From: the human T2T-CHM13v2.0 reference genome, Homo sapiens
Strand: one strand, 5' to 3'
Assembly (NCBI RefSeq): GCF_009914755.1
Contig: NC_060928.1
Length of the DNA stretch: 64,000 nucleotides
Notes under the pieces: generated by a model
Seen by the model: the letters and a program-made list of their open reading frames with translations, nothing else
Told to the model about the DNA's origin: nothing
Database searches by the model: none
Program-made: the position numbers and the translations under genes
In this document: piece by piece, positions 26,728 through 40,950 of the stretch
How positions within the stretch are numbered: the stretch's first letter is position 1
How the letters are laid out: each line of letters begins with the position of its first letter

Positions 26728-29699
26728 GAATGCTAATTCTACTTGTTTTTTTCTCTTCAAAAATGAGTTAGAGAAACTGTTCTCACACTGATATTGGAGT
26801 CTCAGTATTTTTTTAAATTGAAACAAGATACAGTGGAAGAACACAGTTGGATCCAAATGCTATTAGAAAAGCAAACTATATTCTCTTCTATGGTCTCCTT
26901 TGATTATCAGTTTTTTCTTTTGGTCAGTGCTTCATTTTCACTGGGTGACAGCTCCACTTTTGAGCTTGATGAAATAACACATCATCAGAATTAGGAGGTT
27001 TCCAGAGTGTCCAGTTAGAGGCTTAATAGATGCAACCCTCAATTCCTGAGATCCAAATGGCTTTATTAAGTAGTAGCCAGTGAGGCAAGTCACAAAATAT
27101 GACTCGTTAGAATCCTTCATCATTTTTATTTTTATTTTAATTCTCACTGCCTTGAATGTGCCTTTCTCAAACAGTGTTAGCAACCTTATTTTCACTTCAT
27201 GTTCTGCGTCAAGCTGAAACAATAAAGATTCACAAGTTAAAAAACAGTTTTTAATGTAACTTATATGAACGCATTTTTTTGTTGTTCTTTTTGGTTTTTA
27301 TCCTTTTGTTTCCCTATACCTGGCTCTCAGAGATATGTAAGCACTTTAAGGCAGAGTTTGTCTTGCAATTCTGTGTACTTGATTTTCAGAATGTACTTTT
27401 ATAGAAAAAAAATCTATAAGCAAACTATTTGGCCGTCATACATATAAAAGATTTTTAATCATACTATGTGTGCATCAGCCACTTGTGCATGAAAAAATAA
27501 AACACTTACATGTATCAAAGAAGAACAAATATATACATATCAAAACTTAAATAGGAAAGTGGTTGACTAATAATCACGCTCCTCATTGGTATAAGTGAAA
27601 CTAAACAATTATAAATACACTTATATACTCATAATACATTTGCCCTCTCTCAATAGGTTACTCAATTTCACTTTCTGAAATATAAAAAATACCTAATAAT
27701 ATTATACTTAAAATAATAAGAGCAGCAACTTTGTTGTTTAAAACATGTAAACAATAAGTATAATAATATATGTATAAACAAATCTATTTTATGCCTTTTT
27801 TCCTGGTGTAGAAAATCTTCAATGAGCTATCATTATCTCTCAAAACCTATGTTATATCCTCCTCAATTGTTGCAAAATAATAAAATTATTAAAGTACTGG
27901 TTATGGATAGAATTAGGTTTGTTTTTAATTTCAATTATTTTTTACTTTATACTATTTCTGTATTCCTAAACAAGTTAGTTAACCTCCCCAAGTGACTTAG
28001 TCACCTGAAGAACAGAGATGTTATTAATATTCTCACTGTATGGTTGAGTCAATTCACAGATTTTTTTTTTCAAAATTACTCTCTTCCCAAAGTTCCCGTG
28101 AAACCACACTGTTGTGACAATGTGTTTATACTAAAACAAATATTTTTATTTTTCTAGATTAGCAAATCTACTCTTGGAACAGAGTGCACTTTTGCATAGA
28201 ATATATTTACTTCATAAAATTACAAAAGAGCATTAAAGGTGTTAAAATATTTAAATTTTTAGAATGCTTTAAATAGAATACTTGTTATTATACAAATATT
28301 AAATTATGCTGTATTTTTGAACAAATTAAATCAATAAACTCTGAAACAAAAATAAGAATAATTTCTGACCTTCAGATCTTCTGCATAAATAACGTAAACA
28401 AACAGAGAAAAACTGCCTACTTTAGACTTAGGAAATATCTGCATATATGTCATGGTGGTGCTATTTTGTTTGTTTGTGTCAAAGTGAAGGCTTTAATGGT
28501 GAAATGGCTACATGAACATTTGAAGGTAGGTACTTTTCTATGCAAAATTTTCATTTAGAAGTCTTTATGCATAATGCTATTTACCTGGCAATTTATTTTA
28601 CTTAAGACATAATTTATTGTCCCTTTTCATATCTATAATCTTGTGATCTGTCAGCATACCTGAAAATACAGACAAGAGCCAGGTTCCGTTATTCATTGAT
28701 GGTTCCCAATAAATGATGTCAAACATTAATTACATTAGCTAGCTTTGGTCCCTGCTCATAACATGTTCTGTCAATCACGGCATTCACTGTTGATTTCATG
28801 TTGTACCTCTTGAAAGCCATTACTACCTAATAGCTTTACTTTTTTACTATAAATAACATATTTGGAACATCTCACTGAACTCCCTGCACATGATTTTCAG
28901 ATTCTAGGCTGCTAGATCACTGAAAAAATAATTTCTCAGAGAATGTTTATTTGATTAATGTTTTACCTTTCTTTAAAATTTCCTTATATCAAATAAATTA
29001 CTATCATAATCTATACTTTCTATATGGCACTATCAAAACATGACTTAAATATAAAAATATAATATAAATATATAATATTTATATGAATAATATAAAAGAA
29101 TGTAAAAGAAAAAATATAATTAAAAATATAATGGGATAAGTGCAACATTTAAAATCCTAAAAGGTAACAATCTTCAAACATATTTAATATAAATCTTATG
29201 AGTTTATTTTCCATTTAAAATAATTTTGAGTAAGTTATCCTACAAATACTACATGATTATATTTCTATTAACTTATCCCTAATTTATGTGTTTCCTTAAC
29301 GGTAATTCTTTGTTCATAAAGTTGCTGCTTTTTGCCAAAGTTATTATTAGGTAGTTTATGGTTTGTATTATTTTTGTAAATAATACATGCTTATTTCTGA
29401 TTAACATATTTTTTATAGTCTACATGGGAATACAATTGGTTTTAGTACTGGCTTTTTCTAGGGAAGTTTTCCTGAACTCAATTATAATATCTAGTTATTA
29501 TTCCACAGTTTCTTATGGATTTTTCTATATAGTTATCTAAATTAAAGATAGTGAATATTTGGTTTCATCTTCTTGATTTATGCCTTTTATTTTTTCATTT
29601 CTCAGTTCTGACTATACCTTCTGCTAAATGTTGACTACAGCAAGTGATTCATGGCCACAGTGCTCCTGATTCAACAGTGATATTTTTAATATTTTTTAA

Positions 29700-30531
<832 letters not shown>

Positions 30532-30984
30532 ATATATTGTTTGTTTACCGTAATGTTGTTGGATTACCATAATGTTTCTTGTGATAATTTCTAACATATC
30601 AGTCATTATATTAATTAAGGTAGTTTTTATTCCTAGTTTGCTCGATGCTTTTGCCAGAATTTTCTGGCAAATGTAGAATGTGTACTTATTGAGCATCTCT
30701 TTCTTTAAGCAGTGTTTTCATGAATTTAAAATGATGATCATGACTCATACTATTTATTGGAATGGTTGAATACCAATCTTCCTTTTTCTAACAAAAGGAA
30801 ACTGAGGAACAATTATCAAAAACAACTTGTAGCCTCATCAGTAATTCTAACACTCACAGTACCTTGTAAATTTAATAAATTTTACTGTTACTTTGGCAGT
30901 TCTTTACAATGTTATTTTTAAAAAGAAAATTTTATATGAATTACTTTATTTAAAACACATTAAAACTATATTTGAAACATAACC

Positions 30985-31800
30985 AATATTTGGAAAAATA
31001 TTTGCATAGTTTACATCTGATGAAGCTTTAATATTCAGAATATCTATAACTTCTACAACTTAACAAAAATATAACCCATTTTAAAAAAAAGGCAAATGAA
31101 TTATTTCTTCAAAACTGTATTAAAATAGGTAATTTGCATATAAAAAAGATGTTTAACATAATTAGCCATCAGAGTAATGCAAACCAAAGTCACAATGAGA
31201 TATTACATCGCATGTACTAGGATGTTGGTGATAATAATAATAATAATGGAAATTAATAATTGTTGGCAAAAATTTGAAGAGACCAGAACCCTTGTTCATT
31301 GCTGGTAGGAATGTAAAATGGTGTAGCCAGTATAGAAAACAGTTTGGAAATTACTCAAAAAATTAAGCATGGAATTACCATATGATCTAGAAATTTCAAT
31401 TCTAGGTATATACCTCCTAAAATTTAAAAAAAATGGGGGTTTAAGCAGACTCTTATACATAAATGTTTATTGTGAAATTATTCAAAATATACAAAAGGTA
31501 AAAAGCACACACGTCCATCAACAGATTAATAACTAAATAAAATGTAGTATTCACACACACTGGACAATTATTTAGCCAAAAAAAGTTAAAGTTTTCATGC
31601 ACAGTATAATACAGATGGACTTCTAAGACAATATTTGTAGTAAAATCAGCCACACCAAAAGGACAAATAGGGCACAAAATATCTAGAAGAGGCAAATCCA
31701 TAAAGACAAAAAGTAGATTAAAGATTTCTAGGGTCAAAAGAAAGATACCGGAAAGTTATTGTTTAAGAGGTGCCTAGTTTCTGGAAATATTTGGAAATAG
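30985..31800 (+). mobile_element. Old L1M (L1MB/MC-type) ORF2 end and 3'UTR
   Basis: CATTGCTGGTAGGAATGTAAAATGGTGTAGCC...GAATTACCATATGATCTAG...AGGCAAATCCATAAAGACA motifs. Confidence 0.75.
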
Positions 31801-32169
31801 TTATATATATATATCCACAATATATATAGTAGTATGTGTGTGTGTGTACACACATATATATGGCCACAATAAAAAATCTATATGCAAAACACATGTGCCA
31901 ATTAATGGTGATTTGTGTTTACTGATTCTAAATGCTTACACGTTACAGGAACTGGAGGAAGTCAATTTGAACCTAATATGTAATGAATTAAATAATTTCA
32001 TTTGGGAAGACAATGGTTAAAAAACATCGTTTAATGCTGGAAATGTGACAGAATATTCACAGTTGCTGTATTTGTGTTACATTTTAAACCAATTTTAAAA
32101 TTCCATTTTTGTTGTTTCAAATGTAGATACAAAAATAATAGTGGATAAAGTTGAATAATTAAAAATCAA

Positions 32170-32275
32170 TTTTTGGCTTGTAGTCTTGACTTTGCATTAA
32201 TTGTGAGATCGTCTTTAAGTTATTAAAGTGCTTGCAACCTCTTTTTTTCATATCTGTAAAATGAGAGCTTTCTAA
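32170..32275 (+). mobile_element. MIR fragment
   Basis: CATATCTGTAAAATGAG core-like motif. Confidence 0.4.
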
Positions 32276-32613
32276 AAGCTTATCTTTTAGAAGCTTATCT
32301 TTTTGGGGATCCATAACCTCAAGTATGATTATATGAATAGAATTATTATGTTTATCTTGACAAGTTGATATAAAAGTTATTTAAAATGTGAACTATTATC
32401 TAGAAAAAAATGGTTACACCAGAAATCATTTTTATGATTGTTTTAATAATGCCAGTTTCATGCTTTATTAGAATATTTGAGTAAAAATATTTAACCACTG
32501 CATAAGCAAAACACAGGAAAATTAGCATGTGTGATATATAATCCTCAAAATGTACAGTTTTAGTCACATTGTGAATCAAAATTTCTTGACATGTCTTAAG
32601 AATGTAAAAATAG

Positions 32614-32925
<312 letters not shown>

Positions 32926-32930
32926 GAATG

Positions 32931-32951
32931 TAATAATAATAATAATAATAA
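32931..32951. repeat. (TAA)n microsatellite
   Basis: About 7 TAA units directly after the Alu tail. Confidence 0.85.
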
Positions 32952-34002
32952 GGGAAGCTCTATCTTCTTTCAGCCCATAAATAGAACCAGAACTATCAGA
33001 ATTTTTGGATGGCTGGTTGGCTATAAATTGGTTCAGTGGCCTTCACAAAAAGGTTGACTTCCTTTCTCAGAATCTCAGATACTCAGAAAAACTTCTATAA
33101 TTATGGCAATAAGTATTCTTCTTCTTTATAAGAACAGTCAACTTATATTCATTTCTTAATATTGAATTAAATACTAAGAAAATTCTATATATTGAAGGGT
33201 TTCAAATAAATTCATACAAATATAAAGTTTATAAATAGCATTTACAAAATCAGAGAATAAGTAAGAAATTTAATCTACCTTGACATTAAAAAGTATAATT
33301 GTCATAGAAGCTCTTTTATGTATCAGTTAAGTATCAAGAGATTCTGTAGTGCTATGTTTTAGCATATAAATTTGTATAGACCGTGCTCAAGTATTTTCTT
33401 AATAATACTGTTTCACATTATATTATTTCCAGTTAAACTATCCTATTTACTATCACATATGTATTATCACAATATTTAAAATTGGTTTGGAGGAGCCTTA
33501 TTAGAGATTGTATAGGTAGGTAATTATTCTGCATAGTCAGTAATAAATAAAATCTAAAATGTGAGGCTAAATCTTTATTTCAATTACCTTTTAAATAAAC
33601 ACATGTATTTGATATTTAGTTTTCAGGCTTTCTGATCCAGATTTTCTGCCTCATTTTCTCTATTGCATCACTCTAGTTATAATCCTTTGCACTATCATAG
33701 ATAGTGGTCACAACCTGTTGTGAGAAGCTTTCTTTACTCATAGGTTTTCGTTATGGAGGTAAGAGTTAATGGCAGCAGACAGGACTCCCTGCAGCAATCT
33801 GAGTCACTTACACTTTCCAGATCAGTGACTTCTCTACTCAGAATAGTCTTAAATTGCAACCATGAGTACACACACACGCACACACACACTCTAACCTTTC
33901 ACTTTGTTCAAGAGTTAATCTAAAAGTATGCTATGCCTAAATGGAAGATTTAAAAAAAAAAGAAAACAAGAGTAATAGGATGGAGAGAAATATTTGTAAT
34001 AA

Positions 34003-36273
34003 TAGGCATACCTCAGAGATGCTGTGGGTTTCATTCAGAACAAAACAATAAGACCAATATCACAGTAAAGTGAGTCATATTAAGTCATATTAAAACTATT
34101 TTGTAGTCTATTTGGTGTGCTATAGCATCATGTCTAAAAAATGTACATATCTTAGTTAAAAATATTTTATTTTTAAACAATGGTAATGAGCATCACAGCC
34201 TTTGGTAAATTGTAGTCTTTTTGATGGTGGAGGGTCTTGCTTTCTAGTTGATGACTGCTGATTTATCAGGACAGTGGTTGCTGAAGGTTAGGGTGGCTGT
34301 GGGAACCTCGCAAAATAATAAACAAGTCTGCTACATAAATTGATTCTTTCCTTCACAAAATATTTTTCTGTAGCATGTAAAGCTGTTTCATAGCATTTTA
34401 CACACAGATCTTTCAAAATTGGAGTCAGTTCCTTCAAACTCTGCTGCTGCTTTATCAACTAAGTGTGTGTAATATTTCAAATCCTTCATTGTCAGTTCAA
34501 CAATGTTCATAGCTTTTTCAACAGGAGTTGATTTCATCGAAAGAAATCACTTTCTGTGCTCATCCTTAAGAAGCCACTCTTCATTTATTATTATGAGATT
34601 TCAGTAATTCAGTCACATCTTGAAGCCCTACTTGTAATTCTAGCTATCTTGTTATTTCTACCATATCAAGCATTACATTTCTATCTCCTCCAATAAATTA
34701 TAAATATTCTTAATGGGATCTAGAATAGTGAATCTTTTCCAGAAGGTTTTCATTGACTTTGTTTGGGTCCACCAGATGAATCAATCTCAATGGCAGTTGT
34801 AGCTCTTAAAAATCTATTTCTTAAATAATGAGACTTGAAAGTTGACATCACTCTGTGATCCATGGGCTGAAGAACGGATGTGATGTTATGCATAAAAACA
34901 ACATGAATCTTCTGATACATCTCCATTAGAACTCTTGGGTGACTAGGTTCATTGTTAATGAGCATTACATTTTGAAATAAATATGTTTTTTTTTTCTGAG
35001 CATTAGTTCTCAACAGTGGGCTTAAAATATTCAGTTAACCATACTATAAACAGATGTGCTGTCATCCCGGCTTTATAATTACATTTATAGAGTACAAGCA
35101 GAGTAAATTTAGCATACTTCTTAAGGGCCCTAAAATGTTTAAATAGTAAGTAAGCATTGGCTTCAACTTAAAGTCAACAGATGCATTAACCTTTAAAAGA
35201 GGGTCAGCTTGTCATTTGAAGCTTTGAATCCAGGCATTGACTTCTCCTCTTCAGCTATGAAAGTCCTAGATGACATCTTCTTATATAAGTCTGTTTTGTT
35301 CCTATTTGTCTTCAGTTAAATTGAAAACCTGCTGTTTAGCATATCCACCTTCATCAACAATCTTAGCTAGATTTTTCTGGATAACTAGCTGTGGTTTCTA
35401 CATTAGCACTTGCTGCTTTACCTTGCACTCAAGTCCCAAAAATGACTTCTTTTCTTAAACCTCATGAATCAGTATCTGCTAGCTTCAAACTTTTCTTCTG
35501 CAGCTTCCTCACCTCTCTCCGCCTTCATAGACTTGAAGAGAATAGGGGTCTTGCTTTGGATTTGGCTTCGGTTTAAGAGAATGTTGTGACTGATTTAACC
35601 TTCCATCCAAACTGCTAAAACCTTCTCCATATCAGCAATAAGGCTGGTTTGCTTCCTTATCATCTGTGTGTTCACTGGAGTAGCTTTTTAAATTTCTTTC
35701 AAGAACTTTTCTTTGCTTTCACAACTTAGCTAACTGTTTGGCACAAGAGGCCTAGCATTTAGCTTATCTTAGCTTTCCACATGGCTTCCTCATTAAACTT
35801 AATCATTTCTAGCTTTTCATTTAAAGTGAGAGACATGGGACTCTTCCTTTCAGCTGAACACTTAGAGGCTGTTGTAGGATTATTAATTGGCCTAATTTTA
35901 ATATTGTTATGCTCCAGGGAATAAGGAAGCCTGAGGAAGGAGAGAAATGGGGAAATGGCTGGCAGGTGGAGCAGTCAGAACACACACAACATATATTGAT
36001 TAACTTTGCCGTCTTTCTGGCATGGTTTGAGGTGTACCAAAATAATTACAATAGTAACATCATGATCTCTAATCACTGCTCACCATAACAAATATAACAA
36101 CAAAAAAGCTTATAATATTGCAAGACTTACTCAAGTGTCACAAAAAGCATGAAGTGAACACATGATGTAGGAAAAATGGTGCCAATAGATTTGCTGAAGG
36201 CAGGGCTGCCACAAACCTTCAATTTGCAAAAAAATGCAATCTCTACAAAGCACAATAAATTGAGGTGTACCTT
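34003..36273 (-). mobile_element. Tigger1 DNA transposon (TcMar-Tigger), near full length, decayed transposase
   Basis: Terminal inverted repeats (T)AGGCATACCTC / GAGGTGTACCT; ORF 34750-35013(-) contains a pogo-type DDE segment (HPRVL...TSVLQPMDHRVMSTFKSHYLR). Confidence 0.92.
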
Positions 36274-37112
36274 TAATTGGAATTATTTACATGATTTTTC
36301 CATTGAGAGATATTGTATATTTCTCTAAGCTTCATTTTGAATATATTATATTATGATTATATTATATATATTTTGAATATATTATAGTTTTCTATTATTC
36401 TTTATGTGAGACTTTTTCATTTCTTGGTAAGTTTATTACTATGATATATATTGTAATCCTTTTAATATTACTAATGGCATTGGACATATTTTCAAAATCA
36501 TTATCTTTTACTTAAAACAATGTAATTTTTATTTATTTTTTAATAATCACATTAATAAATTTTTTCACTATCCTAGAAGTCATTATTATTATAGTTTAAA
36601 AATTATATCATCTTGAAATTATGTCATCTATTTTCAAAGATTATAGATGTCTATTCTATTCAATACCTATTTTAATTGTAACAAAAGGTAAACAATAAAA
36701 ATGGCACATCATCTTATATTAATATAAGAATTTCCATATAGTTCAAACATTTACTAATTAATTCACTAAACTCCTATTCTATATGATTCTGCTATTCAAA
36801 TACAGATAATCTCCTGTAATTGTTTCTGAATTTATTTTTTTCACATTTAGCCTGATACAGAAATTTTTGATATTACATGTGTTTAATATAAGAATATTTG
36901 AATAATTTCTTCTAAGTTATTTTATTTATTTGAAAATAAGACATTTAAAAAAATTACTATATGTTTAAAAATGTTTTTAGAACAATTTGTTTACAATTAT
37001 CTGTAAACCATATTTTTAATTTCAGATTTTAGGCAATTTTTATTTGAAAAGTTTGATTCCTCTTTTGAAACTACCAATATTATTGATGTCTGTAAGAAAA
37101 AGTTGATGTTTG

Positions 37113-37577
37113 CATGCACACGTATGTTTATTGCGGCATTATTCACAATAGCAAAGACTTGGAACCAACCCAAATGTCCAACAATGATAGACTGGATTAA
37201 GAAAATGTGGCACATATACACCATGGAATACTATGCAGCCATAAAAAATGATGAGTTCATGTCCTTTGTAGGGACATGGATGAAATTGGAAAACATCATT
37301 CTCAGTAAACTATCGCAAGAACAAAAAACCAAACACCGCATATTCTCACTCATAGGTGGGAATTGAACAATGAGAACACATGGACACAGGAAGGGCAATA
37401 TCACATTGGGGACTGTTGTGGGGTGGGGGGAGGGGGGAGGGATAGCATTAGGAGATATACCTAATGCTAGATGACGAGTTAGTGGGTGCAGTGCACCAGC
37501 ATGGCACATGTATACATATGTAACTAACCTGCACAATGTGCACATGTACCCTAAAACTTAAAGTATAATAAAAAAAA
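37113..37577 (+). mobile_element. 5'-truncated L1PA2-like LINE-1
   Basis: ORF2 C-terminus (MFIAALFTIAKTWNQPKCP...SLIGGN*); 3'UTR with CTAGATGACGAGTTAGTGGG (GAG, not L1HS ACA/ACG); short A-tail. Confidence 0.93.
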
Positions 37578-37715
37578 TACTCACAAAAATTAAATAAGCT
37601 ATCAAATCACATTTTTAAAAATTTTTTTACAATCAAGATTTCTAAAAATTAAATAATGTTCCTATACTTTGGCCACTTTAAAAATAAATCAGATTCTTTG
37701 TTGGAAAAAAAAAAA
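37578..37715 (+). other. L1-mediated 3' transduced sequence (127 bp) plus second poly-A
   Basis: Non-L1 sequence between the L1 A-tail and a second A-tail, AATAAA at 37683; whole unit bounded by exact 19-bp TSD AAGAAAAAGTTGATGTTTG (37094-37112 / 37716-37734). Confidence 0.92.
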
Positions 37716-38795
37716 AAGAAAAAGTTGATGTTTGAAAAACAAGCACTTTTTAACATTGCTGTCAATCATATTATGTTGTATTTGGTCATCAAATATATGT
37801 TTCATTTATGAAATTACACTAACAGTTGCTTTTAGCTTATTTCTTATAATTAAGCAATTAAACAACTAATCTTTGTGTACAATTTGGAGTTGATAGATTC
37901 AATAATTACTAACATTATTATAAAGAGAAATAGAAATAACTATGAAATTCTACCAGATAATTTCTCTGAATTGTCATTATAAAATCCAATTAGAATTCTG
38001 CAAATGAAATGATTTAGCAGCAGAACTAGTTTTAGTATGAAATAGTATATCACTAATTGAAAGTGAATTGGACCATATATTCCAATTACTATCTTTCATA
38101 CTATAGAGGATATACTGGTGTGTTATGAAGTATAACATTAAAACTTCATTAAATCAGGCTTAAAATCTATTAAAATATAAGTATGTATGAATTTGTCCTA
38201 GTCTTAGCAATCATCGCAAAATTTTTATATCATTAATCTTCTGTGGAATTCTAAAGCAGGGAAATTTAATAAACGTAGGCATTTCTTAGATATGAACTCT
38301 TATCTTTTTTCCTAAATTAAAATATATTTGCTTCTTTAATTGTAATTAAAAATTATGAATATGTGGTTATTGTATAAAAGAATTTTGTTCAATTATAAAA
38401 TGTATAAAAATATCAAGATCACTCAATACTAACACAGAAACATAATAAAATCATACTATTTTGTGTTGATGTGCATAATTTTAACTTTTATTTAATGTGT
38501 GTGTGTGTACACATGTATTTGTGTGTAGCTATGATTAGATGAAAAACAAAATCAATTTATCAATTGTGCATGTTGGATTATAATCTGTTATGCACTCACA
38601 GGCTTTAATGACTATTAGTAGAGATTTATTTCATTCTTGATATATATAGTGTTTCATAACTCATCCATAACCTACATATACATAACTTAGATATTTTTGC
38701 TATTTAAGCAATAGCAAGGCTAATGTCCAATATGTACTTTCACATATTTAGTAGATTGTTTCCACAGCAAAAATTAATCAAGTGAAATTACTATG

Positions 38796-39000
38796 TGTAT
38801 TAGTTTCTTAGAGTTACTGTTACTTCGAACTGAGTGGCTTAAAACAATATAAATTTATTCTCTCACAGTTCTGGGACAAGAAGTCAGAAATTAAGATAAT
38901 GGCTGGGCCATACTCTCTTTGGGGACTGTAGGAGAGGATACTTCCTTGCCTCTTCCAGATTCTGGTAGTCAAGGCATTCCTTAGATTGTTCCTTGGCTTG
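38796..39000 (-). mobile_element. MLT1-type LTR, partial
   Basis: TGTATTAGTTTC...GTGGCTTAAAACAA...AATTTATTCTCTCACAGTTCTGG...CTTCCTTGCCTCTTCCAG. Confidence 0.85.
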
Positions 39001-39960
39001 GATATCAGTACCATATTCCCAGGATATAAATGATTGGAACAAATCACATCACTGGAGCTACCATAACCCCAAACAGGAAAATATTGGGGCTGTTCATCAC
39101 TAACCAACAACACTTCTTCAAGAAGATCCTGTCTCCAAAGTGTAGAAAGAAGTCCAATGTCATAAAGATGACCAAGGTGGATGTTTTCTCTGAAAGTAGA
39201 AACTGTTCCTTAGTCCCACCATCTTTATATACACCCGAGAGATACACCTTTAGCCTAAGAAATTTTGGTGGCCCCTTCAAAATCTAAGATAGTTCAGAAC
39301 ATGAAGAAATCAAAGGTTTTTGTGATACATTCATCACAGCCTGTGAGGTCTAACAACCTTGGAGGAGAAAGATGAAAGCGGTATGGGGTGGCATGTCTAT
39401 ATCTACAAGGAAGGAGTTATGCAGAGAATAGATAGGGCCTTGTGTCTGATGGCATCTGTGGTTTGTCTGTTTGTTTAGAACAGAAGAGTTTAGTTTAGTC
39501 AATTGTGTTACCCTCACTCTCCTGGCATCAGGAGGCAGTAGGCAGAGGAAGAAGAAATGATGGGTGGAAAGAGAAGGATGCTTGGGCTCCAATACTCCTC
39601 TCCTCTTCCTGGCTAGAAAAAGATGATGGAGACGAGACAAGCAGCAGCAGCAGCTATTTTTTTCATCAATAAATATACTTCATTACTGAGCCGGCAGAAA
39701 AGTGTGCGAAGAGGACCTGGGATGGGAAGGAAGGGAGAGAAGCATGGTGCAAGACCCCCACCACTATTCTCACCCCTTCTGTCTTAAAACTATGAACAAA
39801 CTTTTAACATGGCCCCCCTGTCTCCGGGGCTTCTTTGAAGCTGCACTGAAGGGGACACCTGGCAGAGAGACAAGGCTGAGGCGACAGAGGGAAAAAAAGA
39901 GGGAGGAAGGAAAAGAGAGAGGGAGAGAGGAAAAGGAAGGGGAAGAGAGGGTGAGGCCTC
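39000..39960 (-). pseudogene. mRNA-like island; tentatively a retrocopied long 5'UTR of a GPBP1/GPBP1L1-family gene
   Basis: Higher GC than flanks, signs of CpG-island decay, (GCT)n and pyrimidine tracts at the 5' end on the minus strand, no repeat family recognised; parent assignment is from memory only. Confidence 0.4.
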
Positions 39961-40789
39961 AAAACCTGCCATTATTATTATGCTTCATCATCTTACAATC
40001 TAAAATTTCCACATTGTAACCTCACGTTAGTTTGTACTTCTTTAAATATTAGTAAGAATACATCTATTTCTGCTTATTTATTGGACGGTTTTTGTGATTT
40101 TTTTCTGAACATACATTAACTTCCTCCCCCTTTGAGTTATTCATTTTCTATATTGAATTGTTTCCACATTATTAATGAGTTCTTATCACTTATAATACAA
40201 ATACTTTTCATACCTTTCTATTTTATCAATTTCATTTTTGTATTAATTTTTATTTTACCCTCCTTGAGTTGTAATTTTAATTTACTTTCATCTGCCATCC
40301 CTCTGTATGTTCCTTTATGGTTTCTATATTTAGTGTCATGAAGCTATATCCATATGCCCAAAGTAAATTAAATAGGTACCTTAATTTTTTTGTTCCACAT
40401 AATTATATTTTAATGGGACTTTTAATTTAAATTTGATATTACAAAATCCGTAACAATTTATCCAATATTTTAGGATATTTTTATTCATTTTAAACTTCAT
40501 TATATAATAGACACCATATTATGTATGCCTACTATATAATAAAGCATATCTTGCTATTTATTAAACTGCCTATTTGATAGATTATAAGAATGTAAGTTGC
40601 AAACTAATGTGTATGCGTGATATGTGTTACAACTGAATTATTTCCAAGCATTAACTTTATTTTTGTTTCGGTTCTGCTAAACAGTATACATGACACCATA
40701 ACTAATATTAATGGAAACACAATGCAAATGAAAACATAGTTAATTAATACTTTTGAATGTTAATAATAACAATACATTAAAGCTTAAGT

Positions 40790-40950
40790 CTCTTTTATTT
40801 ATAAGACCCTAAATAGGACATTTGCATGTATTATCCCATTTGATCATCACCCTATTCCTGTATTTTCTTAGCTCCATTTACAAACGTGTAAATGTTTTCT
40901 CAGAACATTACAATAACTCAATTAATGTTACAGACTTAGAACATACAGAA
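40790..40950 (-). mobile_element. MIR fragment
   Basis: TGTATTATCCCATTTGATCATCAC...CTCCATTTACAAA core-like motif. Confidence 0.5.

Noticed and set aside
38820-40019. Overlapping 60-105 aa ORFs; a short LKGPPKFLRLK resemblance to DDX6
   Set aside because: Resemblance does not extend at protein or DNA level; treated as coincidental, no CDS called
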